Positions 25,554 through 36,744 of a stretch of DNA of 64,000 bases are shown here, piece by piece. The stretch is from Balamuthia mandrillaris (lineage: Eukaryota). The stretch covers positions 62,001 through 126,000 of the forward strand of contig JAVKOQ020000052.1 of NCBI GenBank assembly GCA_031835245.2. Direction: 5' to 3'. The position numbers were made by a program, and so were the translations under genes. The notes below the pieces were generated by a model. The model was not told the DNA's origin and did no database searches. It saw only the letters and a list, made by a program, of their open reading frames with translations. Positions within the stretch are counted from its first letter, which is position 1. Every line of letters starts with the position of its first letter.

Positions 25554-25809
25554 ATGGAGACGGAAAGCGCTGAAGTGGTGGCGCTGCTACAAGCTTCGGA
25601 GAGGGTCAGCGATGCCTTTGAGAAAGTGCAGCTTTTGCGGCAGGCACGCTTCATCTTGCTAGAAAAGCGGCCCGGCCTTCTACAGCACTTTCTGCAGCCT
25701 CTCCTCAGCTGCGCCTTCTCTCCCAGTCCTGAAGTCAGATATTTCATGGCCGAGACCATCCACCAGATAGCTATTGCAAGCCTCAAACGTGCGTCTGAGA
25801 TTGTTGAGT

Positions 25810-25864
<55 letters not shown>

Positions 25865-26129
25865 CCCCCTCTCTTTCTCTCCCCCCTCTCTTTCTCTCTC
25901 CCCTCTCTCTCTCCTTTTGTCTTTTATTGCCTAACAATTCCGAATGCGTAAACAGACATGCCCTCCACGTTGAACACGCTTCTGGCTTTACTGGAGGACT
26001 CCCACCCATTCGTTGTCAAGCGTGCAATTCGTTGCAGTACCTTTATCTTGCTTGCTGCTCTCCGCGTCATGTTCGTTTCCTCTCTCTCTCCCTCTGCCGA
26101 GTCCGTTCGTTGCTTCACTTAAGAACTTA

Positions 26130-26171
<42 letters not shown>

Positions 26172-26361
26172 TCTTGTTAAACAATGCAGAGCTAAGAAAG
26201 CGGATGTTTCCAAGAAGACAGCAGCGGTATGGGAGGCACTCACAAAGTTAAAGCTACGCGTGTTAACTCTTACTGAGACCGCAGAGAACACGGGCGTCAT
26301 CATGCAAGCCCTCAAGTTCGCAGAAGTTCTCGTTCTCGCGTTTTCTTTTCCGAGTGTACGC

Positions 26362-26404
<43 letters not shown>

Positions 26405-27583
26405 CTCTCGCTTCTCGCTTGTTGAGATGTCATGAAGCTCACTCTAAGAGTTTAGCAACGAGAACGGCAACAATCCGACAACTTCACGCTGGCTGACGTA
26501 CCAACGCCACATCCTCTTTTGAACACGGAGGGACTAACGAATGAAGGACGAGTGGGGCTTCTTATCCTTCTAAAGCACTGGCGCAACCCCCCTCCCACCT
26601 GGTACTTATTTTGATCATCTCCTCCCATGTTCCCTTTTATTGTTGTTATGAGTAGTGGCCTAGCACCAGGCTCTTTCCTGACAGAGTATCTGATACTCTG
26701 TTACGTAACAGTACCAGTAGTAGCATTATAGTTGCTATGACGAGTCTGGTCTCCATTGTACGGCAAAGGGAGAGCCTAGCACATGAGATTATCCCAGCTC
26801 TTTGCGACTTGGGGACTTCAGTCCCGATCTCTTTCTCCACTTGGATGCGCAACAGCGTACACCACATGCTTAGGACCGTCTTTTTTCTCATTCTCAAATA
26901 TCCTTTCATTTCAGTTTATGTCATTACTACCTCTTCCCAAAGTTTCTCTCACTCCCACTCTCGCTCTCTCCTCACATAACCGTGGTATCTTTAACTCATT
27001 ACTTGGTACGCTGCCCTATGGTCCTAATTATGTAGAACAGATCACAGCCAAGCTAGATGCTATAGGAGCTAAAGACTTTGCAGACCACATCAGACGCGTC
27101 CATGAGGCAAGTTTTCAAATCTCTACTCCACAACAGCTATTACTCATTTCTCTCTCTCTCTCCACCACAAAAGACATTGAAACGAAAGAGCAGCGCCGCT
27201 ACCTCAGAGGAGGGAAGAGCGAGTACTATAGACGAACCCTATTCAAAAAGGCGTAAAGATATATCTCGTGGTTCTGCAGCCGCCTCATCAGATAACCAAG
27301 CCATCACGCCTACCAATTTTGCTTCTGCATCTACTTCTGTTTCTTCATCTACCCCCAGTACAGGTAGGCTTGTTTTTTCTCTCTTTGTTTTTCTGCCAAC
27401 GCTATTATACTTACTTTTTAATAAAGACTCTATTCAGATAGGCACCGCGCTAACAATGGACCTTTTAGCGCAGTTGCTAATCGAAAATATGCGTCATTTG
27501 CCTCCTCCTCCAGTTTCAAACGACCCCCTTCCCGCCATTGACTTGCCCAACCTTGCGGTTAGTATTGAACCACTTTCTGCCCC

Positions 27584-27619
<36 letters not shown>

Positions 27620-28302
27620 TCGCTATGGGGCTGGGAACGATCTCACTTTTCTCTCTCGCTCTCTCTCTCTCGCTCTCTCTCCCCCCTCTCTCTCCCCTCT
27701 CTCTCCTACAGCGGTTGCTTGTGGCATTACTTGCTGTGCGGACAATGCATCAAGGCCCAGCAGTTGGAGCTCCATCAGCAGCAACGGCACAGCCAGCTAC
27801 GGCACCCACAGCCCGCCTTGATGCAACCAGAGACCCTCGCTTGGCCATGCTTGCATCTCAATCATCAACAGCAACTGGTGGACCATCATCAACTACCATT
27901 AGCCCAGCACTTGCTGCCACGACCAAGGAAGAAGCAGCAGAGAAGCTTGGGCCTTCCCCTACTACAGCAGACGCTATTGCCTTCTTGGCGGGTGTATCTT
28001 CCGCTCCACCTCCAATTGCCGCTGTTACTGCCACAAAAGAAGTCATCCCGCGCCTAGAGACACCAACGCTTTCCAAGGAGGAGCTTATGGCGTTATCTGA
28101 TGATGCCTTTCACAGGATTTTGGGCTCAGAGGAAGCCGTGGCTAGTGGAGGAGGAGAGCAGTTGCGTGTTATGCTGCTGTCACGGATGGCATCCATTCGG
28201 CCTCGAGAGGATCCCCTCCTCAAGGTTCTCATTTCTCACATCGTTAACCATTTACAGAGAAGGTACTTTGTTCAAAGTTGCTGCAAGTCTAGTTTCTTGT
28301 CC

Positions 28303-28337
<35 letters not shown>

Positions 28338-29031
28338 CCCCTCTCTACTCTCTATCATTAGAAAGGCTATGGTGTCGGTAATGCTGTTAACCTTCGCATG
28401 ACAGGATTGGGTTGGCGGTTACGTGGCTCTATCATGAGTACATCAACGAGCGGCGAGAAGGCAAGTTGTTACGCGCGCCTTATGAGGGCTTCACTGGCAG
28501 AAGGTTTCATTCTTCGCCCGAACAAATGGAAGTAGCAGCTTCCGCGGAAAATGCCGCTTCACTTGAGGCCTCGGACAATGAAATTTCAACGCCTCAATCA
28601 CCTTCAGCGGCAAAAAACGCAGACCAGGAAAACATGCAAGAAGATGAAGTACCAAGCAAAACTCGGCGGCAACAACAAGAGGAAGAGGAAGAGGAAGAAG
28701 AGGAAGATAAGGAGAAGGAGGACGCAACAGGCAATCTACAACAAACTGCTTCGATGAACGAGGAGGATGAAATGGCAGTAACAGATTCAAACACTTCGGA
28801 TGTATCACTCGTTGTCATAGAGTTGAAACAAGAGGATGCTGAAACCGAAGAGAATGAAAGTCGTTATGCTTATTTTCTCAGGCTACTGTTGGAAGCTGCT
28901 TACGAAGCTTTAGCACCCAAAGATTTTTTGGTTATTTCGCAACTATATCTTGCTGTCCCCATGTTAACTTCGGGAGCTTTTTGTTCCCTCCAGGCCTACT
29001 GTGAAGACGATGACAGGTTATTGTTGAGTTC

Positions 29032-29080
<49 letters not shown>

Positions 29081-29974
29081 CTCAACAAGTATTTATTTTT
29101 TTCTCAGGTTAATGGTAGGTCTTTCAACGCTAAGAGATCTGGTGCAACAGCGACCACAACATCTTTCCCGCTTTTGCCTTTACATATTGCTTTCCTATAC
29201 CATAAATGAGAGTACGTAATGCAGCTATTTTTTGCTGTTTGCAATCCTATGCACCCGTTGAATAATAAATACTAATGGAGATACACGCATCTCAAATGCA
29301 GAGGCTTCCGTTCGATCGCCGGCCATTGATCTAGTAGCAAACGAGCTGTTTGTCAATACCAGGTGGTCTCCTCTCATCGAAGACTTTGCACAATACGCGC
29401 TGATGAAGCTGACAAACGAGGAATGGCTGTCTGCTCAAGAGGCATCCATTCTTACCTCTGTGGAAAAGGAGGTGGAGGCAAAGAAAAATGTGTCTGATGA
29501 GCATGATGAAGAAGAAGGAAACAAGACAGAAGATGGACAGGAGCAAGTTATGCACACAAAGAAAGAGAAACAAGAAAATGATAGAGAAAGCGAACTTACG
29601 GCCAATGACGACGAAACAGCACCTGAAGAGCAGATGGGTAGTGACAAAGGAGCAGAAGAGAATTCAAGCGCAAGTGATGGACCCCAAGTTCGGGCAATGG
29701 AAGAGCTCATCCGGAGGCATTTGTTGCTTTATTTTGCTTTATGCTCTAAGAAGCATGAGCTGTTACATACTTTGGTTGGCATGTACTGCAAAACGCGGCA
29801 CATACAGGTCAAAAAGGTGATCCATCGCCACGCTAAAGACCTCATACCGTCCATAGGCATGCAATCCCCTGCCCTCCTCCAGCTCATCACTACGTTCGGC
29901 GCTGGAGCAGAGACCTTTATCCTTCAAATTTTGCACATACTTACCGAAACAGGTGTTGTTTTTGTTGAAGTTTT

Positions 29975-30013
<39 letters not shown>

Positions 30014-30841
30014 CCTTGCACATCCGTTAATATTATTGGACAAACAGCACCGCCCACTCCGCAGTTGGTCGATGGCGTCAAAACTCTTTATCAGACGCGA
30101 GTGCCAGATGCACGCTTTCTTATCCCAGTACTCTCTGGTCTTACAAAGGATGAAATTGTGGATTTACTTCCCAACTTCATCGCACTGCCTCCCACTATCC
30201 TTAAAAATGTCATTCATCGACTACTTCACAACCGGCCTACCAACATCACACCAGAGGAACTGTTGGTGGCGTTGCACTGCCTTCGCAACACAACACCGGC
30301 TTCCTCCCTCTCCGCACCTACCACCCCTCAGCAACCTCCTAAGAAGGTTCCTCTTCGCTCCGTTGTGGAAGGTTTGCTCATTTCATGGCTCTATTTTATT
30401 GTTTCGGGTTGATGCAAATGACATAACTCTCGTTATAATACAGCAATAGGGTACTGTTTGGAACAGCAGACTGTTTACAGTCAATCCATAATGGCCATCG
30501 TGCTGCAGCAGCTGGTGGATGTGATCCCAACACCGCCTATGTTCATGAGGACGGTCATGCAGACGCTTCGCAGGTTCCCCAAGCTAATGGGCTTCATAAT
30601 GGGCATTCTGCTGCGTCTCACGAGCAAACAGATATGGAATGATGCTCGCCTTTGGCAAGGCTTCATCAAGTGCTGCCAGATGACGCAGCCCCATTCCTAT
30701 CCCATTCTCTTGCAACTGCCGCCGCCACACCTGGAGGATGTACTAAAGAAGGTGCCCTCCCTCAAACAAACTCTTCGAGAATACTGCCTCCAAAACCAGC
30801 TCAACTATTCACGCGCCATCCTCTCTCTTCTTGACCTATGA
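25554..30841 (+). CDS. SYMPK: Symplekin (pre-mRNA 3'-processing scaffold), multi-exon
   Basis: N-terminal HEAT-like region and RDPRL motif. Symplekin_C: DARFLIPVLSGL, TPEELLVALH, PPMFMRTVMQ, KQIWNDARLWQGFIKC and LLQLPP. Confidence 0.88.
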
Positions 30842-30934
30842 TGCTTGCTGCCCTTAGGGTCTTTATCTTTTTGTTTTTTGTGATCATATGAAAAAGAGTT
30901 ATTATGTGGTGTTGTTTATCTTTCCAATAACGGC

Positions 30935-31008
30935 GCCCTGCCCTGCCCTGCCCTGCCCTGCCCTGCCCTGCCCTGCCCTGCCTTGCCCTGCCTTGCCCTG
31001 CCCTGCCT
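30935..31008 (+). repeat. (GCCCT)n pentamer microsatellite
   Basis: About 14 GCCCT/GCCTT units downstream of the symplekin stop. Confidence 0.9.
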
Positions 31009-31175
31009 TTTATTTTTATTACCCTTATTTATTTATTTATGCATGAATTTTATTATAGTTATTTTCTTTTCCAACCAAAAGAAAGAGAAATAAATAAACA
31101 CACCAACCAATAACCCAAACAAACAAACAACAAGGCTAAACAAACGGGCCATAAACAGCAGTAGAAGGAAACAAG

Positions 31176-31939
31176 ATGCCAGCCGAAGGAGGTATTCCGC
31201 CGGTACCAGTGGGAAACATCACCGGCATGGATGACGTACTCTTCCTCCTCCTTCTTTCTTCTTCTCCTGTCTTGCTCCTTCCTGCCTCCTCTTCCTTCGT
31301 CTTGCTCAAAAGCAATGCCACTTTAAATAGCAACATTACAACAAATGGGAGGACATATGGGCCAACAAACGGACGATGGAGCAGTGCCTCAGCCAGGACA
31401 CTAAGTACAAAAACTACATCAAAAAGGAGGAGTTTTTTCTACGGTGTGAGTAGTGTTAGCCCCCTTTGTCCTTTCCAATCTTTCCTCACACTACACCCTC
31501 ACGCAGGTGGACGTAGCCGGAAGTGGAGAAAGAGAATGTGTGTGTTGCGGTTTGTTCTCTCCTCTTTTTTTTTTTGCTACCACCTTTCAGCGGACTAACA
31601 GATGTCCCCACCATTATCAACAACAACCCTGCCGCCACTGCTAACAGGGGACACTTTTTGTATTATTTTAAAGCCAGCAATAACAAACAAGGCGTACGGT
31701 ACCTCCCTGCTTGCTTCTATTCTTTCGTTCTTGTTGCTGTATGTTAGTCTATTGATGTGGACCCCCATGTGTTGTATGCTTAAAAGAGGCCATAACAATT
31801 GTGAATAGGCTAAAGAAGAGTGCAGAGGAGCCATTCTCTTGAAGCATTGTTTTGTTTCCACATTCCCCATGTTTGATGGCAAACCCCACGTGCTCATGAT
31901 ATGTCCCAGGACTTCACGCAAGCCTGGCTGGAGGTGCCG

Positions 31940-31977
<38 letters not shown>

Positions 31978-32395
31978 GCGCTCTCGCTCTCGCTCTCCCC
32001 TCTCGCTCTCCCTTCTCTCTCTCCTCTCATGTAAGCTTTAAAAAAAACGAAAACCAAAGGTTTGATGCTACACGCAAATTTTACCTGAGCATAACGTCCG
32101 GTGAAAACGGGTTAAAACTTTGGAAGACAGTGCTTACTTTGATTGGTAACCTTGTCGTTGCGTCATACGCTTCCAGCAAGCACCACAGTGGCCAACACGC
32201 CACATTAGCTTTATTAAACTAACAAAAAAAATATACATAGGGCAACCAAATGTGCGCAACGGCCCCCATATCTACAAACCCACCACCCCCCTATCATCCA
32301 CTCCCTCCACCGACCAGCAGCAGGGTACCTCTTCAACCACAAGCATCAGTGGCGTCCAACAGACAACAAATGCCAACGGCGTCAATACCACATGA
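31176..32395 (+). CDS. Small PH-domain protein, ~7 short exons
   Basis: Spliced product IKKEEFFLRC-GRSRKWRKRMCVLR-GHFLYYFK...CRGAILL...FYLSITSGENGLKLWKTVL matches the PH-fold pattern (b1, WxxR b2, LYYFK, G.I.L, C-terminal helix Trp). Confidence 0.72.
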
Positions 32396-32617
32396 ATGAA
32401 AAGGTGCACAGCAACACAGGCTACAGGAGTGGCTGTCACTCCGCCTCGCTTGTGTGCGGCCGGGCAGAGGGCCAAAAGGGAGACAAGACCAAGCAGTGAG
32501 GTGTTAAGGCTTGACTAAATAAATAAAAAGAACAACAAAAATGTGCGGATTATCCCTCTTTGTCTACTCTTGTGGCTGTTCTCCACACAAGCTTTCTCGC
32601 TTTTCTGCTCGCTAGGG

Positions 32618-34045
32618 CTAAGATTGTTGATAAGCGCTTCTGCTGCTGCTGCCGCTGCCGCTGCCGCTGCTGGAGGTAGGCCTTGTTGCAGGAGAGGAGG
32701 AAGAGGAAGTGGAGAAAGAAGAAAGGATGGATGGAGACGTGGCAGACAAATACTGCACCAAAGTCTCATAGGTAAGGAACATGATGGCGGCATTGGGCAC
32801 TACTCTCATGAGATGCGGGGCAAGGCCGCCGTAGAGGCCCTGTAACCCTTCCCTTTGAGCAACCACCTTGAACGCATCGATAACGCCTTTGTACTTAGTG
32901 CTTGCTCCTTCTTCTCGCAAACGTGTGCGAATAACCTCATGCGGATAAGTCAATGCAGAGGCTAGCAGCTTGGCCATTGTGGATGCTCCCACAGTCTCCA
33001 TGATTCCCACCTGTTGCCCAACGCGATCTCCCCCATTGCTACCTGTAAATTATTTCCAAGACACAGCCTTCGAAATTAGGACTATCCAGGTGTACGTTTG
33101 CCAGAGAAGCAGGCATCCAAACGATGATGGCTGATCTCCTCCCAACGAAAACGACGCTATGAGAGGGAAGACGTACCGTGGGCCTGCTTACGTTCACGGA
33201 GCACACGTTTGAACTTTTCGTAGAGCATGAATTGTACGCTGCTTTCTGAGATTCCAACGTAAGAGGCGCCCATCCCCGTGTAAAATGCACGAAAACCCTC
33301 ATGCTTGAAAACCTTCATGGTACAATCCACGGAGTTTTTATACCTTTGGAAATGACCGGAAGAAGAGAAAGCAAGTATGAAAAAGAAAGAAAAACAAGAA
33401 AGAAAGAACAGGACAAGAACAAGAAAAAAGTGAAACAGGAAGTAGGGAGTTCACTGACCGAAGACCACCGGTAACAGCTGAGTTTATGGTATCAAGTTGC
33501 ATCCTAGTTTTGACGAACCAGATGGGGTTGGTGATTGTGATGGTAGTAACGCCGGCCAATACAGCGGAAAGCCAATCCACAAGCATGGGGTTGGTCTTGC
33601 TGCTCCATTGGGTGGTGTAGAGGTGACTCTGGGCAAGCCGGAACGTACCAAAGTAAATGGCACGAGCAGGTATGACACCCACTAAATGAGGCACTAGCCC
33701 TTTGTAGAGCGAGCGTATGCCTTGCTCCTGGTAGAGCAGAGAGAGTGACTGAAAAGTCCTCGTCCCGAAAGCTGCTTTGTCCCGTCGTAGCCTTTCCTTG
33801 TTGTGTAGAGCCTGCAGTCTTGTTTTGACGACCTCCAGTGGAGAAGTGACCAAGGCACCTGCCATGGCTCCTGCACCACCTGCCACAAAGTGTGTCCAGG
33901 GCGCCGCTGGTGGGGGAGCTTTCTTTCGTTGAAGCTGCTGCTGTGGTTGCGGGTGCTGCTGTGCTGTTGCCATGTTGGAGGTGATCACCGCTGTTGCAGT
34001 ATCTCCTAAACTATGCAAGGTTTGTGTTCTCTTAACGACTGACAT
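32618..34045 (-). CDS. Mitochondrial carrier, Rim2/SLC25A33-36-like pyrimidine nucleotide carrier, 3 exons
   Basis: Three Px[DE]xx[KR]xR-type motifs: PLEVVKTRLQ, PIWFVKTRMQ and PHEVIRTRLRE. Confidence 0.88.
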
Positions 34046-34278
34046 TTCGTGTAGGCACGCTGTTCGGCAAGATTAAAAAAAAAAGAATCTGGCAAGATCA
34101 GCCGCAGAAGGGCACTTGGATCTTTTCGCTCGCTTCTCTTTCTTTTGTTGTCTGTAGTTTCTTGGTTGGTGTGCTTTTTTGCTCAATTCCTCGAAATATT
34201 TTAGGTAGGTGGCTATTTTGAAGCCCCCTCAAACAACAAAAAAATCGCAGCAAGGAAGAGAAAGAAGTGGAGGAGAAG

Positions 34279-36465
34279 TTTAGAAAAGGAAGGGGAGTCA
34301 TGAATCAACTGTGGTGATTGAAGAGATGTCTGCCTGATGAAGAGAAGCAAAGACCGTACTTATATTGCTCTGTTGGATATCAGCAAGGCATATGACATGC
34401 TTGACCATGACATACTGGCAAGGACATTGCGCAAAAGAGGAGCAGAAGAGGTAGCAGTGGGTATCATTGCAGAGTGGTACCATGGTATGACGAGTGTCAT
34501 TCGCATGAATAGGCAGCTCTCTGAGGAATTTCTGGTGGAAAGAGGAGTTAAGCAAGGAGGAGTTGTGTCTCCCTTCTTGTTCAATGTGTACATTGATGTG
34601 GTGGCAAGAAAGCTACGAGTGGCAGAGGAGAAGGAAAGAGGAGATAAAGCAAGGAATGTTTGCTTGTTGTTTGCAGATGATTTGGCAGTGATGGCCAGTG
34701 ATCCTTTTGAGCTTCAGAGAAGATTGAATGTGGCAGTGAAGGCAGTGAATGCTCTGGGACTTCAGTTCAATGCAAAGAAATCAGTGGTGCAAGTACAAGG
34801 AAAGAAGGCTTGCTTTCAAGAGTGGAGACTTAAGGGGAGGCTGTGAAACGTGTGAAGGAGGCCAATTACCTGGGTCTGTGGTTTGAAGAAAGTGGTGAGT
34901 GGACAACCTATGCCAAGAAGAGGATCACCAAGGCCAAGCAAGCCCTCTACAGCCTTAGGCAGCAGGAAGCCATTGCTCAAGGCCTTGGTACACGCACTGC
35001 CCAGATTGCTGCAGAGGCTATTGACAAGTCTACCTTGTCATATGGACTATGCATGACAGAGCTTTCCAAATCATGGTGGAAGAAGATCGAAGCTGTGGAA
35101 TGAGACAGCAAGAAGCATATTGCAAGTTCATCGAAGGACTGTGACAGGGGTTTGTAGAGCAGAATTGGGCTGGTTGACCATCAAGGCCTACTGTGAGTTG
35201 GAAAGGCAAGCAGTAATTCGTCATACTAAGAGACAAGATGGCCACTTTGAGCTACTTGAAGAGATAAGCCAAGCAAGGGAAAAGGAAGGTGAGACGAAAG
35301 AAGGTGAGGGAAGTGCAGGGACGAGTGATGTTGAAAAGAAAGCCAAGAGGATGAGGGCCTTAACTCAAGTAGCCAAGGCGGAATATGCAGCTGAAGGAGA
35401 AAGAGGAACAAGAGCATGGCTATGGCATAACGTCTTGACAAATGGAAGATGTTTGGTTGGACAACAATGGAGCTTAGTGATTACCAACCCAAGGAAAGAA
35501 CGTTTGATGAATGCTATTTGTTGTGATGGACTGCCCATTGGAAAAGTGGGGAGCCATTCAGCAGTCTGAGGAGGACAGTAAGTGCCTTGCATGCAATGCT
35601 GAGGAAGAAACAGCAGAACACCTCCTGTTGAGATGTCCAAATCTTTGGGAAGATCGCTTTAGAATCTGGAGCGTGGACCATGGCAATGAAGAACAAGTCA
35701 GAAAGCTGATTATAGAAGACTGTACAACAAAGCTCCTGTCAAGTGGAAAGAAATGCAACAGAGCTCAAAAGATGAAACAATGTAAGCAAAGTTGTAAACG
35801 AGTCTGGAGATTATGGGCAGCAAAGAGCAAGACGTGTTAGAACCTGAGCATAGAACCAAGACAGGAACAAAGAGAAAGATGGGAGCCAAACGTATTTAAT
35901 GAGAAGAAGAGAACAAGTGTGTTTTTAAGTGTGTGTTGTTGCTTCATTCATTTTTGTGTTCTTGGTTGTAGGAAAAGTATTTATAGTTGAGAAGGCAACC
36001 AAGGAAGGAAAGAGGCTTAGGGTTGAGGGAGTGACTTCTTGGTTTCTTTGTTCTTAAGTTCTAGGCTCAGGAAAGATCCACAGAAGGAGGAGAAAGATGT
36101 GAAATTGTCGACAGAAAAGAGAAAAGAATGAAGAAAGAAATGAAGAAAGAGTTGGTTATGTTGGCAGTTGCCAACAGTTGGAAGCATGGAAGTTCTTCTG
36201 CATTTTATCAATCTTTGGAAGTCATATAAAAAGTAAGGAAAAGAGAAGCAAGGAAAGGGAAAAGAAAAGGATAGCTAGATGGCACAAAGTTAGTCTGAAA
36301 GCTCATTCAACACCTTTCACTTGTGAATTTGAATAACAATTGGGAAGGCATTGAGGATGAGGGAGTAAGAGAAGTAAGAGTACACTATGTATGTACAATG
36401 CTTACTTTTTATGTATAGATTGGTGTTGCTCTCAGAGCAAATAAACTTCTTATTACTACTACTAC
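34279..36465 (+). mobile_element. Non-LTR retrotransposon copy A, 5'-truncated and frameshifted, with RT C-half, CCHC zinc knuckle, 3' UTR and (TAC)n tail
   Basis: LDISKAYD, GVKQGG, FADD and CLACNAEEETAEHLLLRCP. Frameshifts near 34837 and 35095 and a stop near 35567. Ends TATTACTACTACTAC. Confidence 0.92.
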
Positions 36466-36744
36466 ATAAAAAGTAAGCATTGTACATTCATAGTGTACTC
36501 TTACTTCTCTTACTCCCTCATCCTCAATGCCTTCCCAATTGTTATTCAAATTCACAAGTGAAAGGTGTTGAATGAGATTTCAGACTGACTTTGTATCATC
36601 TAGCTAACCTTTTCATTCCCCTTTCCTTTCTTCTCTTTTCCTTGCTTTTACATTACTTCCAAAGATTGATAAAATGCAGCAGAACTTCCATGCTTCCAAC
36701 TTGCTCTTGCTGCCCATAATCTCCAGACTCGTTTACAACTTTGC

